DNA of 64,000 nt from Octopus sinensis (GCF_006345805.1 NC_043014.1:20460001-20524000), one strand, 5' to 3'. Shown: positions 38,677-52,824, numbered from the stretch's first letter. A program made the numbers and translations. The notes: generated by a model from the sequence alone, not told the origin.

Positions 38677-39682
38677 GATTAAGGAAGACTAAGAACTAGA
38701 ATACAGTTAACATCAAGTGGAGAATCTTTGGTGATGGTTAACATCAGAAGAGGCATATTTCAGAGATAGTCTGTAACCTTTACTGTTTGTGATTTGTATG
38801 ATACCCCTTACACAGATATTATGGTAAGTGAAATCAGGGTAACATATTGCAATGTTAAATCACCTGTTGTATATGAATGACTTAAAGACGTTCAATAAGG
38901 GTAAGTATGAAATAAATGTTTCATTAGTGCAAGTATTTAGTACGGATCTGGAGAAAGTATTTGGATTAAGTGTAGTGTGATTATCATAAAAATGGCAAAG
39001 TATTGTCATCTGAAGAACTAAGAATGGATGGCTGTAAAGTGAAAGCAATGCACAGGCAATACCTCAGAGAAATGGAAGAGAAGGACAGGACGAACACCAG
39101 GAGGTGCCTAAGGAAAGGTCATCTGAAAGGATGCACTGAGGCAGTTTAAGTAGCACTCAGAAATCATCTCTGAGAACTAATCTCATCAAATTTCAGATAG
39201 ATAAGAGTATGAAGCATCAAAAATTAAACAGTGTAGCGATTTGGTTCAAAAGGGCTATAAAAGGAGGCATGACAATATAGCTAGGTATATTTATTGGAGA
39301 TTGTGGGAGAAGTAAGGTCTTGAAATGACATTGAAATGGAACGAGCATAAACAAGGTGTCACCGAGAATAATAAGTTTAAGATCTTGTGGGATGTTACTA
39401 TCTAGATATTGTTGCAGTTGTTAAACTGATGATGGAAACAAGAATCACAGATATTGCACGAATATAGGCAATGAAAAAAGTAATAACTATCATCCCAATA
39501 ATTGTAAGTGCACTGGGAGTATTAATAAAGAAGTTTCAAAAATTTGTTGGAGAAATTACTGGGGTCATCGAGGAGCATTGAAGTTGGTACATGGATGTAG
39601 ACTCTTGAAAATAAGTTATTGTCAGCTCTTACATAAATTAGCCGAACTAAGTGAAATCGAGAGCTCTCAGAAGTGAAATGAC
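38677..39682 (+). mobile_element. Heavily deleted R4/Dong LINE 3' part
   Basis: VNIRRGIFQ..PLLFVICMIPL RT motif, MHRQY, RRHDNIARYIYW, KILWD, IPIIVSALG; ends at (TAA)n. Confidence 0.8.
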
Positions 39683-39723
<41 letters not shown>

Positions 39724-39748
39724 TAATAATAATTATAATAATAATAAT

Positions 39749-39798
<50 letters not shown>

Positions 39799-39841
39799 TA
39801 ATAATAATAATAATAATAATAATGATGATGATGATGATAAT

Positions 39842-40387
39842 TGCCCTGATGCAGTACCAGGCAGTGGCTCTCGTGGCTTCTGATCTTAACTCATTGGAAG
39901 TGTTATTGTGTACATTGTTTTGTCCTGGTATAAAAGATGGGCTACAGCAAATATTCTGCTCAGTACCACAGATTTGCTTGTCAGTTATTTGACCTTAACC
40001 AGTTGAGCATGTCCCTTAGCGGCTGACGATATGTGCATCTCTGATCATGAGCAGAAGTAGTGGGAGAGCATCATAGCCGCGTGTTGAGACAGGATTCTTT
40101 GGGGTTTGAATAATTCACCTCTGGAAACATGGGTGTTTCAATCAATATCCTTAAACAATCCTTATTCAGTGACTTTTGAGCAGGATGGGTTACTCAGCCA
40201 GAAGAAAATTCTAACTGGGCCCCACCTACAAGGTCATGTGCTGTTTATCTTGATATGAGATCACCATGTCGCGCACATATGGTTGTGATGCATGTGCCTA
40301 TCAGACAGGTAGTCATGATGGGTATACTGGGCTTCGTATATTTTACCCCAGTGTCACTTTGATGGCATATGCACTGCTCTCTCACTC
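39842..40387 (+). mobile_element. Non-coding family C element (~545 bp) flanked by (TAA)n on both sides
   Basis: Homologous copies or fragments at 1591, 9363-9490, 42111 and 45226; no ORF, no TIR, no recognisable A/B boxes. Confidence 0.85.
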
Positions 40388-40430
<43 letters not shown>

Positions 40431-40504
40431 GTAGCAGTAGTAGCATCAGCAGCAGCAGTAGTAGCAGTAGGAGGAGGAGGAGGAGGAGGAGGGGGAGGAG
40501 AAGT

Positions 40505-41160
40505 AACAATAGACCTACCTCAAGAACACCAGAATATATATGACAGAATTTGAGGTGAACAATAAAGAGAGTATCATAGAAAGAAAAGAAGATATTATGA
40601 GAGAACTCAGCAAGACTGTGTTTACCGACATGATCAATAGAGAACCGCTACCAAAGCTCTCAAACAGCACAAAAAATAACAAATAACAACATAATCATGA
40701 TGTATAATGTTGCTCTCAGGCATATCTTAAGAAATAAGGGGAATGACCTAATAACCTTAAATAACTTCATCTTTTCCACTGCTAAAGTTGTAACTGCTCA
40801 ACTATGTATCAGGACGACGCGGAAAAGGACCAACCATGTCAATAGACCTCCTCAGTAGAAAGTAGCAATACAAAAAGAGATCGAATCTTTGCGGGTGGGT
40901 GTATCAGTTCTTGATAAACTTGCTAGAGGAGTAAATGTTAAGATGAAACGAGCTAGAAAAATCAAGTGAATCAAAGATTTCATAAACCTCGCTGCAACAA
41001 TTGAAACAACGGATATAACTGAATGCCCAATGGCTTAGAAGGTATGACAAAAGAATCAAATTTAATCGACAAAAGGTATTCACGACGAATGCAAAGAAAT
41101 TTTATAGGGAAATTAGCAATAGTAAGATAGGAAATGGCAGGGGTAGTAGCGAAATATCTT
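40505..41160 (+). mobile_element. R4/Dong fragment, region N-terminal to RT; approximate bounds
   Basis: REPLPKL, LNNFIFSTAKVVT, LRRYDKRIKF...NAKKFYREI in shifting frames. Confidence 0.7.
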
Positions 41161-41164
41161 CATG

Positions 41165-41370
41165 TAATACCAAACAAACATTTAAATGCATAATTTTTTT
41201 CTAACGCTATGAGCAGCACTTGTCAGCACAATCTTTTGGATTTCTCTGAGACGTGGTTCTTCAGGGATCTTATGTAAATGTTTTTGACATCCATTTTTCA
41301 TCATACCTTTTTTATCATTACTTCTATGTAGGTGCAGACGATCAACGTAAATATTGACGCAATGCCGCAA
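41165..41370 (-). mobile_element. Inverted R4/Dong remnant (RT thumb fused to C-terminus)
   Basis: VDRLHLHRS joined to GCQKHLHKIPEEPRLREIQKIVLTSAAHSVRK. Confidence 0.75.
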
Positions 41371-41639
41371 AGCATAAAACGACCTCTGCGAGATCTGAAC
41401 TCGTGTGAACTTATATTTTGTCCCACGCGTTAACGATAATATTAATTACAATCTGATACAGACAACGATTCGTAAACCTCAATCAAAGAGCAAACAGAGA
41501 ATGTGTAGGAAAAGTGGATGAATATATTAACCAACTATCAGCCAGTGAGTTTCAGTAAGCTCAGGCAAAACAAACAGACAAATTGTACATTTCACAAAGT
41601 TCGTCTCTGTCACTAAAACTATGCGTTGGTAAATTAGCC

Positions 41640-42050
41640 TTGTTTGTAGATATGAAGTGACGGACAAGTCGTATGAACACGAGCCAGAGATGCTGCCATG
41701 GTGATTGATAATGACGACATTTTATGGGAGTTTTCCTCAGAGACTAAACATATTATTGAAATAAGTATACTAGATATGATTGTAGATGATACATGGTACA
41801 AAATCTGTATGGTCTTGTTTTCGTAATCGTCTATGTTAGTGGAGGGGGTATGAAAGAAAATGGAGAAGATTGGGAAAAACCAGCATCTAACAAGAGGAAT
41901 AGAGGGATTGTGGAATACAAGGGTCAAACTTGATCCTGTGGTAATTGGTGCATTCTGTAAAACGTTCAACCGGCAACGTAAGAGACAGATTTGTCAATAA
42001 CAACCTGCATCGAGGACCTGCAGAATCATAACACAATCTTGAGATCTGAC
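41640..42050 (+). mobile_element. R4/Dong RLE fragment; approximate bounds
   Basis: YEHEPE...NDDILWEF...EKIGK...LWNTRVKLDPVVIGAF in shifting plus-strand frames. Confidence 0.7.
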
Positions 42051-42110
42051 AACAATAACAACAGCAATGATGATGATGATGATCATCATCATCATCATCA
42101 TCATCATCAT

Positions 42111-42632
42111 TATGCAGAAACAGGCAATGGCTCTCATAGTAAAGTGTTATCATATACATTGTTTTGTGTTGGTATAAAAGGATGGGCTACAGCAAATATT
42201 CTGCTCAATACCACAAATTTGCTTGTCAGTTGCCTGGCCTTAACCAGTTGAGCATGTTCCTTAGTGGCTGATGATATGTGCATCTCTGATCACAAGCAGA
42301 AGTATTGGGAAACATTATAGCCATGTATTGAGAGAAATTCTTTGGGGTTTGAATAATTCACACCTGGAAACAGGGGTGTTTCGTTCATCAATCTTAAACA
42401 AGCCTTATTCAGGAACCTTTTGAGCAGAATGGGCTACTCGACCTGAAGAAAATATTAACTAGGACCCACCTGCAAGGTCAATCGGTGTTTATTTTGATAT
42501 GAGATCACCATATCACGCACATATGGTTTTGAGGCACGTGCCTGGTGTGCCTGGATAGTCATGATGGGAATTTTGAGCTTCATATATTGGTATTCCAGTG
42601 TCACTTTGATTGTATGTGCTGGTTTCTCACAC
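42111..42632 (+). mobile_element. Family C element, diverged, between (CAT)n and (TAA)n
   Basis: Colinear with 39842-40387. Confidence 0.85.
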
Positions 42633-42635
42633 AAC

Positions 42636-42666
<31 letters not shown>

Positions 42667-42671
42667 GTAAT

Positions 42672-42740
<69 letters not shown>

Positions 42741-44320
42741 CAGTTTTATATGGACGATCTGAAGCTATTTGCTAGAAATGACCAAGAGCTAGCAGGGCGG
42801 CTAACAACAGTTAAAAAAGATTAGCAATGACATCGAGATGGATTTTTCGCCTCAATAAGTGTGCTAAAGCAACTTTTGTTAGAGTCAAGCCCATACAAAC
42901 AGCTTCCATTATATTAGTTACCGACGCTTCCATCAAGGAACTTGACCTACAAGAAAGTTATAAATAGCTGAGGATAAGGAATGAGATAGTATACAACACG
43001 CTACTATGAACAAAAAATAAGAAAGGAACACTATAGCAAAATAAGATTCATACTAAAAACTGAACTCAACTCCAAAAATCGCATCGAATCCATTAATACT
43101 CCAGCACTTCCAGTAGTCCAATATAGTTTTAGCATCATTAACTGCATTCTTACAGAGCTCCAACGCCTGAACAAGAAGACAAGAAAACTACTAATATCTA
43201 CGAACATGCACCAACACAAAGCAGATAGATGTTGATCGTCTATACCTACCTAGAAGTAACTGGGGAACAGGAATGATGCAAGAAAAACTGTGCTATAAGA
43301 CCTCCTCAGTAGCAATGAACAGATATTTATCTATTACAGACGACTAGAGGCTGCAGCTTGTGTGAAAACGCGATAGCAGCAGAAAATCATATTCTATTGT
43401 CAAAGAAGCTTTAAATTCGCAAAGGAACTAGGCGTTAAACCTGAATTAGATGAAGAACCTGAAACCAATGTCACAAAGAAGAGAAACGGATCAAGCAGAC
43501 TGCAAAAAAGAACGGGCAGAAACAAATTGAGAAGCGGTGCAGCAGTAGACCAAGCAACAACCTATCAGTGGCTGAGAATTTCAGTCCTGCAAGAAGAGAC
43601 TGCGGCACAAGATCAAAGCTTGTTTAAGAGAAACTACCAGGCTAACGTTCTTTCAAAGCAGTTCTGACCCTAAATGCAGATTCTGCGACATATTTGACGA
43701 AACAGTAGACCATTTAGTTTCGGTATGTCCTGTACAGACACCAAACGAATACAAAAATCGCCAAGATAGGATAGGACAGTATTTACATTGGAAAATATTT
43801 AAACACTACAAAATCAGCACTCCTTCTTACTGGTATGAACATCATCCTCAGAAAGTCGTTGAAGATAAAATGTCACATCCTCTGGAATTTTCCAGTCAAC
43901 ACCGACAGAATGATCCAGGCTAACCGATCAGACATAATTATTAAAGACATGCAAGAAAATACTTGTAGACTATTAGATGTAAGTGCTCCTACTGGTAAAA
44001 ATTTTATCTGTAAAGGAATTTGACAAGTAACTATAAGGACTTTAAAATTGAAATACAAAAGGTGTGGCATCTTAAAGTGAGAACTACTCCTGTTATTGTA
44101 GACACCCTAGGTATGATAAAACAAAGAGATGTCACAAACATCTAGACAACATCCCAGGAGAACCATGTCTCAGAGAAATCCAAAAGATTGTGCTGACAAG
44201 TATTGCTTACATCCTTAGAAAAACTGTCAATTTAAATGTCTGTTTTATAGTACATGAAGATATTTTGCTACTACCCGTGCCACTTCCCCTCTGCAAGCTT
44301 TCAACCATACTGTAACATTT
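42741..44320 (+). mobile_element. 5'-truncated R4/Dong LINE (RT to RLE), multiply disabled
   Basis: Starts directly after (TAA)n at FYMDDLKLFARND; later CRFCDIFDETVDHLVSVC, QANRSDII, REIQKIVLTSIAYILRK. Confidence 0.9.
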
Positions 44321-44397
44321 CTTATCCTTCACTCACCCTAGAATGATGAGTGTCTCTCGGCATGTAACTGTAGCAAACATGCTTATTAAAAGTAAAG

Positions 44398-44462
44398 AAA
44401 AAGAAGAAGAAGAAGAAGAAGAAGAAGAAGAAGAAGAAGAAGAAGAAAAAGAAGAAGCGGAA

Positions 44463-44497
<35 letters not shown>

Positions 44498-44590
44498 AGA
44501 AGAAGAAGAAGAAGAAGAAGAAGAAGAAGAAGAAGAAGAAGAAGAAGAAGAAGAAGAAGAAGAAGAAGAAGAAGAAGAAGAAGAAGAAGA
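44398..44590. repeat. Long (GAA)n microsatellite
   Basis: Direct reading; accounts for the poly-Glu of ORF 44343-44870. Confidence 0.95.
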
Positions 44591-44870
44591 ATGCACGAAA
44601 CACAACTTGATTTATGTTGGTTGTATAACAGAACAATTAAGCAAAATATTCAATGGGCACAGATTCGACGTCAGGCACAATAACAGTAGTTCGACAGAAC
44701 TTGCCGAACATTTCGTTTCACACGGCAGCAATTTTGAAAAAGACTTGAAAGTGCATATTCTCAGAAAATATTCTGATTCTTCTTCTGTTTCACTTCTCAG
44801 AATGTATGAGGAGAAATATCTTTGCGGGTTATTAATATCACGCCCTGAAGGAATGAATAAAATGACTTGA
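44591..44870 (+). pseudogene. Penelope-like GIY-YIG endonuclease C-terminal fragment
   Basis: CTKHNLIYVGC.T..LSK.FNGHR....LAEHF...E..YL..L....PEGMN matches the PLE GIY-YIG pattern; a very decayed CTGAGGA..GAACGCGT motif lies 120 bp downstream. Confidence 0.8.
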
Positions 44871-45225
44871 GAATATCATCAAATTTATATAAAACTGTTT
44901 GATTAAATATTCTTCGTTTTCCTTTTTTTTTATCTTTCCTCTTTTTTTCTGTCTTTTTCTTTTCGCCTGTCATGAAATAGAAACTTAAGAACTGAGGATA
45001 TCATTCCATGAACGCGTGGACGCCGGTTGCTCTCGTTTATACTTTAAATTTAAATTTCTATAATTTTATCACTTCTTATTTTGCACTTACTGTCAAAATA
45101 TCGATCAACCAATAATAAAAATATCTATTACAATCGAATCGTGCTCTTCGTCTCGATTGTTCACCTTTGTGAAGAGTTCCGTCAATCCTTCTAAAATATA
45201 AAAAATCATCATAATAAGAAGAATA

Positions 45226-45470
45226 TGCCCTGAAGCAGCACCAGATAGTGGCTCTCAAGGGTTCTGATCTTAACTGATTCGAAGTGTAATCATGTACATT
45301 TTTTGTGTTCGTATAAAAGACGGGCTAGAGCAAATGTTCTGCTCAGTACCGCAGATTTGCTTGTCACTTACTTGACCTTAACCAGTTCGGCATTTCCTTT
45401 AGTGGGTATATTGGGCGTCGTATATTTGTACGCCAGTGTCACTTTGGAAGCATGTGCTGCTCTCTCATTC
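45226..45470 (+). mobile_element. Internally deleted family C element
   Basis: Both ends of family C, joined at CTTTAGTGG|GTATATTGGG; followed by (TAA)n. Confidence 0.8.
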
Positions 45471-45526
<56 letters not shown>

Positions 45527-46350
45527 GGTGGACACCGGGGACGTTTAAGATGTAAGAAGGAAAATACAGAGCTCCGAAATCTATCCACTAACATCGAAAA
45601 CAAGGACACCCTATGGAGCCAAAGATTTACTAACAAAGAATTGGACTATATCCGAGTAAGTAATACTAATTGAAATTTATTACTATTTTCGAAACGAAAT
45701 GATGTATTTTGACTCGATATTATCTCCACCTCTAACACAACACATGTAAATATGCGTGGAACAACACGATCATCCCCGACCTCAAATACCATGTACAAAG
45801 GAACTACGAAGAAATTAAATGCCACCGACACTATTCAACCCAAGAATAACAATCGAGCGGTACGTACATTAAACCTACAACAAAAAATGTACGAAAAACT
45901 ACACGTGCGAAATAATGTGACAACAGAAATAAACGGACCGGTACCCTACTAAATGACGACCGTCAAAATAATGGGCCGGACGTTGTACCTCATGTCCCGC
46001 AATTAAAACCCAAAAGACGTAAATGGACACGTGAGGAATACATTTCTATCTTACACGCATACTTCACAGCAATGCTCTACCCACAAAATGAAAATACAAC
46101 AACACATACATATAAAATATGGAAGGAAAATAATAGAGATATAGACTTGGATACAGCAATGAACCCTAATAAATTACAAACACATATAACATACAGAAAA
46201 TTGCACTACTAGGCACTACACACATCCTACGCAGAACACTTTCCATACAATAACCATCAGAGCATCACAACAAATCACAGCACATACCCAAGGCACACAG
46301 AGCTGCGCTCGGTAGTGAAGTGAAAGCACGCTATAAAAATAAAACTACTG
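45527..46350 (+). mobile_element. R4/Dong deletion derivative: 5' region fused to the extreme 3' end, (TAA)n on both sides
   Basis: KPKRRKWTREEYISILHAYF...NPNKL then YNIQKIALLGTTHILRRTLSIQ*; junction near 46174-46176. Confidence 0.8.
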
Positions 46351-46392
46351 AATAATAATAATAATAATAATAATAACAATAATAATAATAGA

Positions 46393-46434
<42 letters not shown>

Positions 46435-46596
46435 TGAACAGATGGATAGCGAAAATAAACGTAAAACCTAGTTTAGTGTAGCTCTAGAAAATAGTATTAT
46501 TAGGATACTTAGGAAAGTTTTTGGAATCAAAGATTATGTATGGTAGCCTGATATTATGAAATATCCCTAACAGTCTAATTTGTGGTGCGTAAATGA

Positions 46597-46646
<50 letters not shown>

Positions 46647-46728
46647 TAATAATGTTTCTTGAAACTGCGAAAATATTTCTTCGTATAACGTTTCGCAAAA
46701 GGGCTTAATAAAATAAATTTCAAATTTC

Positions 46729-47136
46729 AGGCGTAGGAGTGGCTGTATGGTAAGTAGCTTGCTTACCAACCACATGGTTCTGGATTCAGTCCCACTACGT
46801 GGCACTTTGGGCAAGATTCTTCTACAATAGCCTTGGGCAGACCAAAGCCCTGTGAGTGGATTTGATAGACGGAAACTGAAAGAAGCCCATCGTATATATG
46901 TATATATATATATGTATGTGTGTATACATGTTTGTGTGTCTGTGTTTGTCCCCCCAACATCGCTTGACAACCGATACTGGTGTATTTACGTCCCCTTAAC
47001 TTTGTGGTTCAGCAAAAGGGAACGATAGAATAAGAACTAGGCTTACAAAGAATAAGTCCTAGGGTCGACTTGCTCGACTAAAGGCAGTGCTCCAACATGG
47101 CCACATTCAAATGACTGAAACAAGTATAAGAGTAAA
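46729..47136 (+). mobile_element. SINE family A, full length
   Basis: Colinear with 17807-18200. Confidence 0.9.
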
Positions 47137-47707
47137 AGACACAGTAAATGATATATTTAAGAACTTGAAGGATAAAAGGTGTGGGCGTACATGAAAAAAA
47201 TATAAACATACATACTCTACATGGTTAAGCACTGTAAGGCCCACGAGATAGAGAGTTTCTTGTTTTTAACGGTTCTTCAACAAACATTACAGACACATAC
47301 ACTCATAGCTCACGGCATTCTGTACAATATTCTCGCCATCGGTTGAGATGCCCGAGTAAACGACTCTCTCTTTCTCCTTCTCCCTCTCTCTCTGTCTTTC
47401 CCCCCTCTCTCTCACTCTCTCTCTTTATCTCTCTCCCCTAGCTATTTGGCTATATGATACTAAATTAGACCGTTACTAAAAGATGTTTATGGAGTTTGGT
47501 TTCTTTCAAAGGAAGGTATTTTATAGATTTAGCGCAAACGAACACATACAAGAACTGACTTATCTACAACCTGCCTTATGCACATGGCGATGCCGTTGCG
47601 GAGGACTTCTGCACCGCATCTTTACTGTGATTGATCCCATTGAATCAGACCTTGAGGAAACGTCTCATTTACCTATCTATCTATCCATCCATCTATTCAT
47701 CTCCCTC

Positions 47708-47771
<64 letters not shown>

Positions 47772-48006
47772 GTGTGTGTGTGTGTGTGCGTGCGTGTGTG
47801 TGCGCGCGTGATTTTTACATTTAATCGGCAGAAGTTACAGATTCTTATGCTAGCCGCCGACACACGAAACGCTCGGTCCTTGAACACTACAACTTCTGCA
47901 AATTAATAACACACACACACACATACAACACGCACACTCATACATAGATACACATACAATTATGTTTTAAGTTTTGTTTTACTGTTTGCATTAACAAAAT
48001 TACATT

Positions 48007-48099
<93 letters not shown>

Positions 48100-48102
<3 letters not shown>

Positions 48103-49940
48103 CATATATTTATATACTTAAATATGCATACACATACATATATACGCATATATATAGGGACAATTCATAAAAAAAGAACAAAAGATGAAGACGGGTGGTG
48201 TAGACAACAAACAGATGTATTAGTATAACGCTCGGGAAGTGAACAAGTCTTTAACGTTTCGAGCCTGCGCTCTTCCACAGAAAGGAACACAGAAAGAAAC
48301 AAGTTGAGAAAATAAAAAATGTGTAGTGGCAAGCGATCTATGTCCATACAATATATTTATACACAAATATATGTATGCACATATCTATATGTATATAAAT
48401 ATATATGTGTATATATGTCGTGGGGTGCTATGTTAAACTCCCGTTCATACATACATATGTGGTACGTCTATGTCTGTGTGTGTGTGGCGGGGTATATAAA
48501 AAATTCTCACACATCAAAAAGATATTGAATACAATTAAGTAGACTATTGCAATTATTTTATAATACAAAACTTTGTCAGTGACTTCGAAGTTTGATTTCA
48601 CCAGACACTCTGAAAAATACGCGAGCACACACACACACAAACACACACACACGTATACACACAGACACACACACAAACGCACACGCATAGCCGATAAAAG
48701 TACACATCGTATAGTAAACCAATAAACCGGTGCATTATATAAAAAGAAGTATTATGAAGCTTTTTTCATATGATGTACCCATGTACTTCCTTGTAGCACT
48801 CAATATCGGAAATAAAAAAAATATCGGAAATATATCAAAGCATTGATTGGTCCTGGTTGGGAACCTATTATAATAGACGATGTGCAATGTACATAGCTAC
48901 AATTATGAAACCTAACCAAAGCATTGGACAACGATAAAGTTTTCAGGTTTTGCAATACCGATATAATATATATATATGTTTGTGTGTGTGTGTGTGTGTT
49001 GTGTGTGTGTGTGTGTGTATACATATACATATATATATATATAATATATATATATATTATATATATACATATATATATATATACATATATTTATATACTT
49101 AATATGCATACACATACATATATACGCATATATATAGGGACAATTCATAAAAAAAGAACAAAAGATGAAGACGGGTGGTGTAGACACAAACAGATGTATT
49201 AGTATAACGCTCGGGAAGTGAACAAGTCTTTAACGTTTCGAGCCTACGCTCTTCCACAGAAAGGAACACAGAAAGTTGAGAAAATAAAAAATGTGTAGTG
49301 GCAAGCGATCTATGTCCATACAATATATTTATACACAAATATATGTATGCACATATCTATATGTATATAAATATATATGTGTATATATGTCGTGGGGTGC
49401 TATGTTAAACTCCCGTTCATACATACATATGTGGTACGTCTATGTCTGTGTGTGTGTGGCGGGGTATATAAAAAATTCTCACACATCAAAAAGATATTGA
49501 ATACAATTAAGTAGACTATTGCAATTATTTTATAATACAAAACTTTGTCAGTGACTTCGAAGTTTGATTTCACCAGACACTCTGAAAAATACGCGAGCAC
49601 ACACACACACAAACACACACACACGTATACACACAGACACACACACAAACGCACACGCATAGCCGATAAAAGTACACATCGTATAGTAAACCAATAAACC
49701 GGTGCATTTATATAAAAAAGAAGTTATTATGAAGCTTTTTTCATATGATGTACCCATGTACTTCCTTGTAGCACTCAATATCGGAAATAAAAAAAATATC
49801 GGAAATATATCAAAGCATTGATTGGTCCTGGTTGGGAACCTATTATAATAGACGATGTGCAATGTACATAGCTACAATTATGAAACCTAACCAAAGCATT
49901 GGACAACGATAAAGTTTTCAGGTTTTGCAATACCGATATA
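48100..49940. repeat. Tandem duplication of a ~980-bp repeat unit, each copy with a minus-strand hammerhead-like motif
   Basis: GGGACAATTC at 48157 and 49137; TACCG ends at 48960 and 49935; motifs at 48249-48284 and 49228-49263. Confidence 0.92.
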
Positions 49941-49956
49941 TATATATATATATATA

Positions 49957-49998
<42 letters not shown>

Positions 49999-49999
49999 C

Positions 50000-50048
<49 letters not shown>

Positions 50049-50290
50049 CATATATATATATACATATATATATATGTATATGTATATACTTACAGATAGG
50101 TAGATAGACAGACAGACAGGCAGACATGTAGACAGACAGATGGTTAAATAGATATACATGCACAGATAAAAATGCACGTGTATACGCATGTTCCTTCATA
50201 TGCGTGTTTGTCTGTGTGTATGTATATATATATATATATATACTTATATATGTGTGTGTGTATGTATATATATATATATGTGTGTGTATA

Positions 50291-50358
<68 letters not shown>

Positions 50359-51518
50359 CGTTTATTAGAAGGCTTATGCATTTATATGTATATTCTTAAT
50401 ATAAATATATATGAATATGTATACATACATAGGCAAGTATGCGTGTGTTTGTCTGTCTGTGTGTGTGTGTGCAAATATATGTTATCCATATTATGTATAT
50501 TCGTGGTGGCGAGTCTACGTATGAGAACGTGATAAAAGTTTTGTAGAAAAGTGGATCATTACTATATTGATATAAGATTAAAAATACAAACACCACTTTT
50601 CTACACATACATGCATGCATACATACATACATACATACACACATACATACATACATACATACATACATACATACATACATACATGCATGTATCCGCGCAC
50701 ATGTACATATATTCAAATTTACATACACACACCACACACACACATATATATATATATGTTTAATAAAATAAAACAACAAAGCCAGGGCAGTGTGAAATTT
50801 CTAGGATATATATATATATTGTATTATATTACATATAACATAGCTGTACTTACCATCTACGAAGAAAGATGCGTCTTTCACTTGGATTCGAACCCGAATC
50901 ATCAGTCGGTGCTCCGTGTATATTGTATTTACTCATTTTTTTAAAGGGTATCTCTGCATATAAACCACTGTGATGATAAAAGTATGTATTTATTTACGTG
51001 TATTTTGTGCGTGTCGGTGTATGTCAAGGCGTATATTGGTGTATCTATGTAGGCATATATATAAATACATGTAAATATATATATATATATATATGGATGT
51101 ATAGATATATATGTATATATATATGAGTATCGGTCAAGAACTTGCCTTATCGTGCGTATATGTCTTTTAGTTTTGATGCAAATATATGTGTATGTGTGTG
51201 TTGTATGGGCATACACTTATGTATGTATGTTTTGTGTAGGTGTCTGTATATATACTTTTCAGTGTGTATGTCTGCTCCGAAACAGAAAAGTGCTTCGTAT
51301 GTTATCTATACGCACACTTTCTCTTCCTCTCTATCCTTTTCTCTCTCCTTCATTCTACTCTTTCTTCCTCACTCTTTCTTTCACTCTCTCACAAGCTTAC
51401 ACTCTTTGATTCCTCCTCCCCATTATTTTAATTCTCCTACTATATCTTTGATTTTCTTTTATTTTTTGTACTTCTTTATTACCAGAATGGTATTCGCGCG
51501 CACGCGACCACACATACA

Positions 51519-51580
<62 letters not shown>

Positions 51581-51706
51581 TACATACACACACACACAGC
51601 ACACACAAGTGCGTACGCACACAAACAATGAGTAAGAACGTATAATTGTATGTGTAGGTGTGGGTGCGTATATATGTATGTATGTGTATATATATATGTA
51701 TGTATG

Positions 51707-51769
<63 letters not shown>

Positions 51770-52779
51770 TGTGTGGGTGGGTGTTAACTTTCTGGGTTTT
51801 GGGTGCGCGTAAGTATGGATTTAGTGTATCTTTCTATATATTTCGGTAAATATATGCTTCTTCCTTGTCTCAGTGATTCTATAAATTAATCTAAGCCGTA
51901 ATTAACATACTGGATCTCTACCTCACAACCCACATATCTATATACCTGGCATCTTTTGTCAATCTATCTGCATATATTTATATGTCTTTACGAAATACTC
52001 TAACTGCCTACATCAAATTATACACCTCTTTATATTAGCATCTGTGAATGCTTGTGTTTGTATGTATACTTGTTGTTTGTATTACTTTGTCTAACGCATC
52101 TCTGAGTGATCGCTTATATTTGTATGTCTGCCTATAGATTTTGGTATATTAGTTTCACTTTCTCATGGGTATCGTTGGCCTGTATCAATATCTACTTGAC
52201 GGTATCTCTCTATTTACCTATCAATCTATATGTGCGTGTAATATCTATTTCATAATACATACCGTATATAAATAATGTATGCATATATATATATATATTA
52301 ACTAAATAACCATTATTTATCTGTATGTCTATCTGTCTATCTAGATATCTATGTTCGTGTAGTTAACTAGGCTTCCTTCTACAAAATCAATACGTAAAAT
52401 AATCCAATTTGCCGCTTCTCAGTCTTTCTATCCCTGTATTCCGCTATTAATACTGAAATTGTTACTGTCACTGCTGCTGCTGCTGCTGCTGCCGCTGCCG
52501 CTGCTACTATTTCTACGTGTGATGCAGCCACAACTGCTGCTGGTTCTGATTATATTATGATTACTAATAACTTAATCAAACAACTTTCATTGCCATTCCT
52601 ACACACTCGTCGTGACAGAACCGCAGTAAGAACTCTGCATTGCAAATTATGCAGATATACATTCGTATATATACATAAATGCACCCATGCATGCATTAAG
52701 GCGAGCATTTATTTCACGCATACATTTATAGATACGTACATAGGCTTAGATATACATACATTTGGAATGTATATAAGTA

Positions 52780-52824
<45 letters not shown>

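Noticed and set aside
40019-40081. GCGG-CTGACGA...CCGC in family C, hinting at a hammerhead
   Set aside because: The GAAA core is missing in this copy and in 9363-9490, and the stem I register is off by one in the 42111 copy.
41634-41969. Minus-strand ORF with a hydrophobic, membrane-protein-like stretch
   Set aside because: It is the antisense reading of an R4/Dong endonuclease fragment on the plus strand.
50865-50915. Minus-strand CTGATGA...GAAA resembling a hammerhead and containing GGTTCGAATCC
   Set aside because: Stems I-III do not pair properly; it reads better as an orphan B-box with no A-box, so neither a ribozyme nor a tRNA gene is supported.
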